Source: Bacteroidales bacterium
GTDB lineage: Bacteria > Bacteroidota > Bacteroidia > Bacteroidales > F082
DNA: 64,000 nucleotides
Reading direction: 5' to 3'
Assembly: GCA_045657145.1 (NCBI GenBank)
Contig: JAZOSK010000039.1
Coordinates: 150 to 64,149, forward strand
The position numbers and the translations under genes were made by a program. Every line of letters begins with the position of its first letter. Position 1 is the stretch's first letter. A model generated the notes under the pieces. The model saw only the letters and a program-made list of their open reading frames with translations, ran no database searches and was not told the DNA's origin. Below, one piece after another: positions 1 to 6,690 of this stretch.

Positions 1-47
1 AATTGATCAATACTACACAAAACAACTATAAATCAATAGTATATTAC

Positions 48-79
48 GAGATAACATGAATTCATGTTATCTCTTTTTT
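48..79 (+). terminator. Rho-independent terminator-like hairpin, probably for a + strand gene left of the window
   Basis: Perfect inverted repeat GAGATAACATG-AATT-CATGTTATCTC (48-73) followed by TTTTTT (74-79). The right arm overlaps the last codons and stop of the minus-strand CDS 67-1332. Confidence 0.45.
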
Positions 80-1332
80 AATATAATCTTTCTATAAAAC
101 TCCGCTTTCGCCTCCACTTTCATAGGATAAGCTCGCGATGATGACGGCATTCTCCAGAAGTTGATAACTCTATCGTTATAGATTATCTCCGTCTTCTCTC
201 CTACTTTCGGTTCTTCACATTGGAAAATATCAATGATAATATCAGTCGCCTTCTGCCCTGTTGTCACTATATTTTCACATTCAGGCAAGATTTCCAACAA
301 CTCTTTTACATCTGTCTGCTTCACAACTTCAAGGAATTTATCAGAAGCATTATCTTTCAGACGAATGACCTCAGATGCCGTATCATATAAAGCAAAGCCT
401 TTATCTTTACATAAATCAACGATTTTGTCTTTATCGAAACGCTTCTCGCCTTTTATCTCAAAATGATGCTTGTCGTTATAAAAGATAAGTCCCCATATTC
501 TCCACATATCGTTTATCCAGTTAGGATAAAAGAACTCCATCGACCATTTCTCTTTTTTCGGAGGGAAACTTCCGAGCATAAGAATCCTGGCATTCTTCGG
601 AAGAAACGGCTGCAAAGGGTGAGATTCGATGTTTATAAACACATCCTTATCTATATACATATAACTATTATTAATATAAAGACCATTATTTGTGTTATAA
701 TAGCTACTTACCCTATCACGCTTTACAACATTATCATTTTCAATTATACCATAATACCATTCTTGATATGCATATTCTAAAATTGGTGTTTTATCATTAT
801 CAAAATCTAAATCCCAAGATGCATCTGGAATTTGACTTTTCAAATAAGGATACTCTTCCCATAATACAAATCTACGATTAGCCGACCAATTTTGTTCTCT
901 ACTTTCTATCAAATACTTACGATAAACACCAAAATCTCCTCCGTATTTTTTTTGAAAGCCTGTAGATTTACATAACCATGCTCCTTCAAAAGTCACAGCA
1001 TCCGCTTCTATTATCAACTTTTTTTTATTTTTGAAATAGTTTATACAATCAAGCAAAAATTTTTTACCAATACCTTTTTTGCGAAAACTTGGTTTAATAC
1101 AAATGATGTCTATTTTAACTTTCATTTGAGATTCGTCAAAAATCACAAATCCTTCTGCTTTTTTATCCTTACTCCTATACAGCAAAAAATTTCCATTTTC
1201 AAACGAGTCTTTGATAATCCTTATATTACCATAAAAATCATCATATTCTTTTTGCTGTGCAATTTTCAACCAATCTTCAATATAATCTATATCCTCTAAA
1301 GTTATATTGTTATCAATAGCAAATTCTCTCAT
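67..1332 (-). CDS. Fusion protein: N-terminal GNAT acetyltransferase, unknown linker domain, C-terminal uracil-DNA-glycosylase-superfamily domain
   Basis: 421-aa ORF with an ATG start. Residues ~60-145 carry a GNAT core (IICIKPSFRKKGIGKKFLLDCINY). Residues ~236-421 carry LMLGSFPPKKEKWSMEFFYPNWINDMWRIWG, which resembles motif A of UDG-superfamily family-6/HDG-like enzymes. The ~90-aa middle segment has no motif I recognise. Confidence 0.6.
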   Translation of the reverse strand: MREFAIDNNITLEDIDYIEDWLKIAQQKEYDDFYGNIRIIKDSFENGNFLLYRSKDKKAEGFVIFDESQMKVKIDIICIKPSFRKKGIGKKFLLDCINYFKNKKKLIIEADAVTFEGAWLCKSTGFQKKYGGDFGVYRKYLIESREQNWSANRRFVLWEEYPYLKSQIPDASWDLDFDNDKTPILEYAYQEWYYGIIENDNVVKRDRVSSYYNTNNGLYINNSYMYIDKDVFINIESHPLQPFLPKNARILMLGSFPPKKEKWSMEFFYPNWINDMWRIWGLIFYNDKHHFEIKGEKRFDKDKIVDLCKDKGFALYDTASEVIRLKDNASDKFLEVVKQTDVKELLEILPECENIVTTGQKATDIIIDIFQCEEPKVGEKTEIIYNDRVINFWRMPSSSRAYPMKVEAKAEFYRKIILKKR

Positions 1333-1363
1333 TTGTCAGATATTTAAATTTACAAAAGTTAAA

Positions 1364-1819
1364 TCACCCAACCCCTCCCTCATATAAATCTTCAATATGA
1401 AACTCCAAATCATTACCCCAAATTACATTGCCATCCACCAACTTGCCTTTCTTAAAATTTGCAATATCCAAATACTTATTGTATTGCGAATGCGGATGTT
1501 TTCTGATAAAATCTCCCACATCTATTTTCCTACGAGTTTCATCATTAAACAGAATATCCATCGTCAAATCTTCATTAAAAACAATTTCTACAATCTTGAT
1601 TTGATTTTTCATAGCCCAATAGATTTCATTTATATCAGTTACTACAATTAGTTCACCTATATCGTTAACCTTTACTATGTGTGGATGTCCTGTGTAACGA
1701 GGTCTATTTGAAAAATCAAGATGAAAATATCTTAATCCGTCACATTCCAAGCAAAAATGAACTATATCCAATCCGTGTTTATCAGCAAATTGTTTTACTA
1801 TATCTTGATAATCTGCCAT
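1364..1819 (-). CDS. DUF2442-domain protein with an unknown N-terminal domain
   Basis: 151-aa ORF. The C-terminal half (IVEIVFNEDLTMDILFNDETRRKIDVGDF...VDGNVIWGNDLEFHIEDLY) matches the DUF2442 pattern as I remember it. It starts 12 nt after the hicB stop. Confidence 0.55.
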   Translation of the reverse strand: MADYQDIVKQFADKHGLDIVHFCLECDGLRYFHLDFSNRPRYTGHPHIVKVNDIGELIVVTDINEIYWAMKNQIKIVEIVFNEDLTMDILFNDETRRKIDVGDFIRKHPHSQYNKYLDIANFKKGKLVDGNVIWGNDLEFHIEDLYEGGVG

Positions 1820-1831
1820 AAGTAATTTCCT

Positions 1832-2224
1832 CTACTTTACACTTAAAAACTCCTGTCCTATTTTATGCAAACCATTGATAATAATCTCTCTTTTATCTTT
1901 ACGAGGATTTCTATAACCACTAAGATAATGTCCCAACTGACGCTGGTTGATACCCGTAATTCTGCTTAAAGCCGCTCTTGTCAATATCTTATCATAATGA
2001 TGAAGCAATGCTGAAACTGACAATTCAAATTCCAATTCATATTCTTCTTTAAGACAGTCTGGCAGTTCGTCATATTCAGATCCTTCAATATGAAATTCCA
2101 ATGCTGATATATATGCTTCTTTTACACCTTCTATCGTTGCATGTGTAGCTACACATCCTGGAATCAAATCTGAACATGCTCCATAATTATCATTCCATAC
2201 GATATTAACCAAAATCTTTTTCAT
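1832..2224 (-). CDS. hicB: Type II antitoxin HicB family with a C-terminal HTH
   Basis: 130 aa. The N-terminus has a HicB-like fold signature (NIVWNDNYGACSDLIPGCVATHATIEGVKE). The C-terminus has an XRE-like HTH (RAALSRITGINQRQLGHYLSG). It starts 1 nt after the hicA stop. Confidence 0.8.
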   Translation of the reverse strand: MKKILVNIVWNDNYGACSDLIPGCVATHATIEGVKEAYISALEFHIEGSEYDELPDCLKEEYELEFELSVSALLHHYDKILTRAALSRITGINQRQLGHYLSGYRNPRKDKREIIINGLHKIGQEFLSVK

Positions 2225-2225
2225 A

Positions 2226-2420
2226 TTATCTTAATCCTGCTTGTTTAAAAATACTTATCAATAACTCCTGATCTTGAGTCTCATTCATTTTACCATTTAT
2301 CGTAACGGTTCCTTTTTTAATAGGATGTTTGTATTGTCTATGACTACCCTTTTGTCTCACAAAATACCAGCCATCTTCTTCCAATATTTTAATCACAGTT
2401 TTGGTTTTTAGTTTCTCCAC
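2226..2420 (-). CDS. hicA: Type II toxin HicA family (mRNA interferase)
   Basis: Contains the HicA motif ILEEDGWYFVRQKGSHRQYKH. I moved the start to the in-frame GTG at 2420. That GTG is preceded by a Shine-Dalgarno-like GAAGGGAGGG 5 nt upstream and a TATCTTTG promoter box at 2445-2452. The TTG start at 2468 in the ORF track would put that promoter inside the CDS. Confidence 0.8.
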   Translation of the reverse strand: MEKLKTKTVIKILEEDGWYFVRQKGSHRQYKHPIKKGTVTINGKMNETQDQELLISIFKQAGLR

Positions 2421-2444
2421 ATCATCCCTCCCTTCAAACCTTTG

Positions 2445-2452
2445 CAAAGATA
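2445..2452 (-). promoter_or_regulatory. Bacteroidota -7 promoter box (TAnnTTTG) for the hicA-led operon
   Basis: The minus strand reads TATCTTTG, 24 nt upstream of the GTG at 2420. Confidence 0.5.
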
Positions 2453-2500
2453 GTATTTTTACTAACAAATTAAAAACATTTTTTCTTCAAAATTAATAAT

Positions 2501-2572
2501 TTTAACACCCTTTTGTCAAGGGTTTAACACAAGTATTTTTCGATTTTAACAATTTTTAACATAAACGTTAAC
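2501..2572. promoter_or_regulatory. Helically phased TTTAACA direct repeats plus palindromes upstream of the hicAB promoter
   Basis: TTTAACA occurs at 2501, 2523, 2545 and 2555 (spacing 22, 22 and 10 bp). CCCTT-TTGTC-AAGGG (2508-2522) lies between the first two copies. A GTTAAC palindrome lies at 2567-2572. Confidence 0.4.
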
Positions 2573-2620
2573 GGAATTAAGAAATTTATGTTAATGTTTG
2601 TTAAGACACCAAGTCACCGA

Positions 2621-2637
2621 GACTACAAGACTACAAG
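2621..2637. repeat. Tandem octamer GACTACAA x2
   Basis: GACTACAAGACTACAAG read directly. The same word (GACTATAA) recurs at 30492-30513. Confidence 0.9.
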
Positions 2638-2645
2638 TTTATTTA

Positions 2646-2690
2646 GTTAGGAGTTAGGAATTAGGAGTTAGGAGTTGAGGGAGGAATTGA
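2646..2690. repeat. Tandem GTTAGGA-type repeat (x4, then degenerate)
   Basis: GTTAGGA GTTAGGAA TTAGGA GTTAGGA GTTGAGGGAGGAATTGAG. The stretch 2641-2690 has no C on the + strand. Confidence 0.9.
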
Positions 2691-2733
2691 GCCCTGAAAG
2701 GGCGAAACAAATATAGGGTAAGGCAACGCCTTA

Positions 2734-2760
2734 TTAGTTAGGAATTAGGAGTTGGGAGTT
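2734..2760. repeat. Second GTTAGGA/ATTAGGA/GTTGGGA tandem block
   Basis: TTAGTTAGGAATTAGGAGTTGGGAGTT read directly. It is C-free on the + strand. Confidence 0.9.
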
Positions 2761-2763
2761 TTT

Positions 2764-2788
2764 TGAATTGAAAGTGGAAAGTTGAAAA
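2764..2788. repeat. Tandem heptamer T(T/G)GAAA(G/A) x3
   Basis: TTGAA TTGAAAG TGGAAAG TTGAAAA. The same word recurs at 18757-18784. Confidence 0.9.
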
Positions 2789-2833
2789 TTAACTGTGAGC
2801 AATTTCTCTAGATTGTTAAATTCTGCCTTTTAA

Positions 2834-2951
2834 TTTCGTGGACATAAAGATTAGTGCCCAATTCGTGTCTTTTCGTGGACAAAAAAAAAGAGAGACGCCA
2901 TAAAATGACGTCCCTACAATTTTCGTGTTATTTTAATTCACATCGTGGACA
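2834..2951. repeat. Dispersed direct repeats of TCGTGGACA / TCGTGT
   Basis: TTTCGTGGACA at 2834-2844 and 2871-2881, and ATCGTGGACA at 2942-2951. Shorter TTCGTGT copies are at 2861-2869 and 2921-2930. The copies bracket the gcvP terminator. Confidence 0.85.
2881..2914 (-). terminator. Rho-independent terminator of gcvP
   Basis: The minus strand reads GGGACGTCA-TTTTA-TGGCGTCTC (9 bp including 2 G-U pairs) followed by a TC-interrupted T-run (TCTTTTTTTTT). It starts 40 nt after the gcvP stop. Confidence 0.75.
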
Positions 2952-2953
2952 AA

Positions 2954-5812
2954 TCAATCGATTCTGCAGCAGAGGTTTCTGTCGCCGAATGCGTCGTCGA
3001 TTCTTGTTACGTGTGGGAAGTATTTATCTTGAACATCGCTCTTGTTAGGGAAACCAGCTTCTGAACGTGTGAATGGGAATTCCCAGTTGTCGGCCATCAA
3101 CATTTCTGCTGTGTAAGGAGCGTGTGAGATAACGTTGTTACCTTTTTCTGCCTTACCGCTTTCGATGTCAGCGATTTCTTGACGAATCTTAATCATAGCG
3201 TCAACGAAACGATCTAATTCTGCTAATGGTTCGCTTTCTGTTGGCTCGACCATCAATGTTTCGTGAACTGGGAACGCAACTGTTGGAGCGTGGAAACCGT
3301 AGTCCATCAAACGTTTAGCGATGTCGATAGCAGCAACGCCAGTAGCTTTGTTGATACCGTTGATATCGAGAATCATTTCGTGAGCGACGTGACCGTTGTT
3401 ACCGGTATAAAGGATTGGATAATAATCTTTCAATCTATCTTTGAGGTAGTTAGCATTCAAGATAGCCATCTTTGTTGCTTCTCTTAAACCTTCACCGCCT
3501 AACATCTTAATGTAAGCATAAGATATTGTGAGGATTTGTGCGCTACCGTAAGGAGCTGCTGAAACAGCGCCGAGTTTTTCGTTATATGTAGCGAGGTTGA
3601 GGTGAGTTGGCAAGAATGGTACCAAGTGAGCTGCAACGCCGATAGGACCTACGCCTGGACCGCCACCGCCGTGAGGGATAGCGAATGTCTTGTGTAAGTT
3701 GAGGTGGCAAACGTCAGCGCCGATGAAGCCTGGGCATGTGAGACCAACTTGAGCGTTCATGTTAGCACCGTCCATATAAACTTGACCGCCGTTGTCGTGA
3801 ACTATCTTCATCAAGTCGCGGATACCGTCTTCATAGATACCGTGTGTTGAAGGATAAGTTACCATGAATGCTGCGAGGTCGTCTTTATATTGTTCAGCTT
3901 TTGCCTTAGCATCTTCCATGTCGATGTTACCGTTAGCGTCGCATTTAACGACAATTACTTGCATACCTGCCATAGCTGCTGATGCTGGGTTTGTACCGTG
4001 AGCTGATGCTGGAATCAAGCAGATGTTACGATGACCTTGGCCGTTAGCTTCTTGGTAGCGACGGATTGTCAAGAGACCAGCGTATTCACCGCTAGCACCT
4101 GAGTTAGGCATGAATGACATACCAGCGAATCCTGTGATTTCGCAGAGGTCTTTTCCTAATTCGTTGATGAGTTCTAAGTAACCTTCAGCTTGGTCTGCTG
4201 GAACGAATGGGTGGATGTTAGCGAATTCTGGCCAGCTCAAAGCGAACATTGATGTTGCTGAGTTGAGTTTCATTGTACATGAGCCGAGAGGAATCATAGC
4301 GCGGTTCAAGCTTAAGTCGCGGTCTTCCAATTGTTTCATATAACGCATCATGTCTGTTTCGCTGCGATATTTGAAGAATACTGGCTCTTGTAAGTATGAT
4401 GATGTACGTTGCATGTCAGCAGCGATGCCGTTGAATGTGCCGCAAACTGCTGGGTCGCAAACGAAGTCTGTATGTTCTTTGCCGATAGCTTCACAAACGA
4501 CAGCGACGATTTCGTTAACGTCTTCTAATGATGTTGTTTCGTCTAAGCTGATAGCGAAATGTTGTTTGTCGATGATACGGAAGTTCATCTTATGTTGAAG
4601 TGCTACTTCATTGACTTTGCATGTGCAGAAGCCTTCTGGCAATTCGAAATGTAAAGTATCGAAGTAAGAATCGTTAAGTTGTTTAACGCCGTACTTTTGC
4701 ATTTCTTTATCGAGGACGCATGTCAATATATTAATGTGACGAGCTATTTCTCTGATACCTTCAGCACCGTGGTAGATTGCGTAGAATCCTGACATGATAC
4801 CGAGGAGAGCTTGAGCTGTACAGATGTTTGATGTAGCTTTTTCGCGTTTGATATGTTGTTCACGAGTTTGTAATGCGAGACGGTAAGCTGGGTTGCCGAG
4901 AGCGTCTTTTGAGATACCTATGATACGGCCTGGCATTTCACGTTTGTAAGCGTCTGTTGTTGCGAAGAAACCTGTGTGAGGACCGCCGAATGCCATTGGC
5001 AAACCGAAGCGTTGGCTTGAACCTACAACTGCGTCTGCGCCCCATTCACCTGGAGGTGTGATGAGAGCCAAACTCATAAGGTCTGAAGCAACAGCTACTT
5101 GCATGCCTTTTTCTTTCCATGCTTTAACTTCTTCGCTATAGTTGATAACGCGACCGAATTGGTTTGGACATTGAACCAAGATACCGAAGTATTCTTCACC
5201 TGCGCTGAAGTTCTTGACATCGTCAACAACGACTTCAATGCCTAAGTGATATGCTCTAGTCTTGATAACGTCGACTGTATGTGGGAAAACGTCGTTAGCG
5301 ACGAAGAATTTGTTAATGCCAGCCTTTACTTGAGCGCGGCTGCGGCTGTGCCAGAACATCAACATTGCTTCTGAAGCTGCTGTTGCTTCGTCTAACAATG
5401 AAGCGTTTGCCAATGGCATAGCTGTCATGTCGCTGATAACTGTTTGGTAGTTTAAGAGAGCTTCAAGACGACCTTGTGAAATCTCTGCTTGATATGGAGT
5501 GTATGATGTGTACCATCCTGGATTTTCAAGAATGTTACGTGTGATGACACCTGGAGTGATTACATTGTAGTAACCCATACCGATGTAACTTCTGTAAATC
5601 TTGTTCTTTGCTGCCAAAGCTTTAAGATTACCGAAGCATTCATATTCATTCAAGCCTCTGCCGATATTTAAACCTTCAGGAAGGCGAATGTCTGATGATA
5701 TAATTTCGTCAATAAGTTGATCTGTTGATTCAACGCCAATAACCTCAAGCATTTTCTTTACGTCAGCTTCTGTTGGTCCATTATGACGTTTAATGAAATT
5801 GTTGTTAATCAT
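2954..5812 (-). CDS. gcvP: Glycine dehydrogenase (decarboxylating), glycine cleavage system P protein
   Basis: 952-aa single-chain P protein with a PLP-lysine region NLHKTFAIPHGGGGPG and collinear conservation across its full length. Confidence 0.95.
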   Translation of the reverse strand: MINNNFIKRHNGPTEADVKKMLEVIGVESTDQLIDEIISSDIRLPEGLNIGRGLNEYECFGNLKALAAKNKIYRSYIGMGYYNVITPGVITRNILENPGWYTSYTPYQAEISQGRLEALLNYQTVISDMTAMPLANASLLDEATAASEAMLMFWHSRSRAQVKAGINKFFVANDVFPHTVDVIKTRAYHLGIEVVVDDVKNFSAGEEYFGILVQCPNQFGRVINYSEEVKAWKEKGMQVAVASDLMSLALITPPGEWGADAVVGSSQRFGLPMAFGGPHTGFFATTDAYKREMPGRIIGISKDALGNPAYRLALQTREQHIKREKATSNICTAQALLGIMSGFYAIYHGAEGIREIARHINILTCVLDKEMQKYGVKQLNDSYFDTLHFELPEGFCTCKVNEVALQHKMNFRIIDKQHFAISLDETTSLEDVNEIVAVVCEAIGKEHTDFVCDPAVCGTFNGIAADMQRTSSYLQEPVFFKYRSETDMMRYMKQLEDRDLSLNRAMIPLGSCTMKLNSATSMFALSWPEFANIHPFVPADQAEGYLELINELGKDLCEITGFAGMSFMPNSGASGEYAGLLTIRRYQEANGQGHRNICLIPASAHGTNPASAAMAGMQVIVVKCDANGNIDMEDAKAKAEQYKDDLAAFMVTYPSTHGIYEDGIRDLMKIVHDNGGQVYMDGANMNAQVGLTCPGFIGADVCHLNLHKTFAIPHGGGGPGVGPIGVAAHLVPFLPTHLNLATYNEKLGAVSAAPYGSAQILTISYAYIKMLGGEGLREATKMAILNANYLKDRLKDYYPILYTGNNGHVAHEMILDINGINKATGVAAIDIAKRLMDYGFHAPTVAFPVHETLMVEPTESEPLAELDRFVDAMIKIRQEIADIESGKAEKGNNVISHAPYTAEMLMADNWEFPFTRSEAGFPNKSDVQDKYFPHVTRIDDAFGDRNLCCRID

Positions 5813-5851
5813 ATTATTAGTTATTTAATGAAATACTTTTTACTTATTCCG

Positions 5852-5859
5852 CAAATTTA
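5852..5859 (-). promoter_or_regulatory. TAnnTTTG promoter box for gcvP
   Basis: The minus strand reads TAAATTTG, ~40 nt upstream of the gcvP ATG. Confidence 0.45.
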
Positions 5860-5900
5860 GTTTTTTTTTCTTACAATTCACACCCCTTTGAATAATTTTA

Positions 5901-5908
5901 TATTTTTG
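5901..5908 (+). promoter_or_regulatory. TAnnTTTG promoter box for the 5926 lipoprotein gene
   Basis: TATTTTTG lies 17 nt upstream of the ATG at 5926. Confidence 0.45.
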
Positions 5909-5925
5909 TAACAAATTAAGTTTTT

Positions 5926-6630
5926 ATGAAAAAACTCGCTTTATTTTTAATAACGTTTAGTATTTGTTCAATATTTTGCTCTTGTCATGTATTAGACAAC
6001 AAGAAGATTAATTACGATGGTCCGTCAACCATCAATATCGCATTACGTGAAAGTTTAAATCTCAACGCAAGTTCCAAAGAGGCTCTTACTTATTATTCTG
6101 ATAATGAATTATATGTAACCGTAAGCCCAGATGGTGTTATCAATGGTAAAAATGTTGGTTCTGCAAACATAACAATATCGAATTCCGAAAATAGCATCAC
6201 GGTAAATGTCGTTGTATCTTTGTTTGAAGAACCTACTTTAGATTTCTATGTTTCAAAAGATGAAATCAAGCGTATTTATGGCGAGCCAAGATACATACAC
6301 GACAATAATGTTTTCGTTTATGGAGGTGGTAATAACGAATGGTATTCATGGGCTGTTTGGGAAATGTATTTCTTCTTCAACGAATACGATGCATATTATG
6401 AATCTGACTTGTATATCAGAAACGACCTCGACTTACTTCTAAGCAAGTATCTTAGCGACAATTACTTCTATTACAGAACCATAGCCGAGGCAGAAAGTAA
6501 CACCGACAGCATTTATTTATACCTTGACAAACCAAATGCGAAAGAAGCCTCTGTTATCGTTGGCAAACAATACAATGCAGGAGCCAACAAAGACATTCGT
6601 CTGATGTACGCACCATTTTCCATCCAATAA
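5926..6630 (+). CDS. Lipoprotein with a Big_2-like Ig domain; function unknown
   Basis: Signal peptide with lipobox-like cysteines (ICSIFCSC). The segment YVTVSPDGVINGKNVGSANITIS resembles a bacterial Ig-like group 2 domain. Confidence 0.55.
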   Translation: MKKLALFLITFSICSIFCSCHVLDNKKINYDGPSTINIALRESLNLNASSKEALTYYSDNELYVTVSPDGVINGKNVGSANITISNSENSITVNVVVSLFEEPTLDFYVSKDEIKRIYGEPRYIHDNNVFVYGGGNNEWYSWAVWEMYFFFNEYDAYYESDLYIRNDLDLLLSKYLSDNYFYYRTIAEAESNTDSIYLYLDKPNAKEASVIVGKQYNAGANKDIRLMYAPFSIQ

Positions 6631-6652
6631 CAGAAATATTAAAATTTCAAGC

Positions 6653-6686
6653 AAAAAAATAAGGGGCCAATTCTGACCCCTTTTAT
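6653..6686. terminator. Bidirectional terminator between the 5926 gene and typA
   Basis: AAGGGGCCA-ATTC-TGACCCCTT hairpin (one mismatch) flanked by an A-run on the left and a T-run on the right. Confidence 0.6.
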
Positions 6687-6690
6687 TGTA

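Noticed and set aside
233-881. Three + strand ORFs (233-466, 463-780, 690-881) antisense to the GNAT::UDG gene
   Set aside because: They are fully embedded in a longer ORF that carries recognisable domains. Their products are low-complexity with no motifs, which is typical of shadow ORFs in AT-rich DNA.
2421-2468. TTG-initiated 16-codon extension of hicA
   Set aside because: It would place the TATCTTTG promoter box and the Shine-Dalgarno-like GGGAGGG inside the CDS. A GTG at 2420 gives a HicA of typical length.
2621-2790. Possible CRISPR array
   Set aside because: The repeat period is only 6-8 nt, there are no unique spacers, and no cas genes are in the window.
2834-2951. DnaA-box cluster or oriC (TTGTCCACG on the minus strand)
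   Set aside because: The match to TTATCCACA is only 6-7 of 9. There is no adjacent AT-rich unwinding element with further boxes, and no dnaA, dnaN or other origin-linked genes are nearby.
2954-5812. Noticeably higher G+C in gcvP (and in typA) than in its neighbours, as a sign of horizontal transfer
   Set aside because: Both are highly conserved and probably highly expressed core genes. Amino-acid constraint and codon bias are a sufficient explanation, and no mobility signatures are present.
5813-5925. Glycine riboswitch upstream of gcvP
   Set aside because: The leader is only ~40 nt downstream of the promoter box. It is AT-rich, with none of the conserved glycine-aptamer helices visible.
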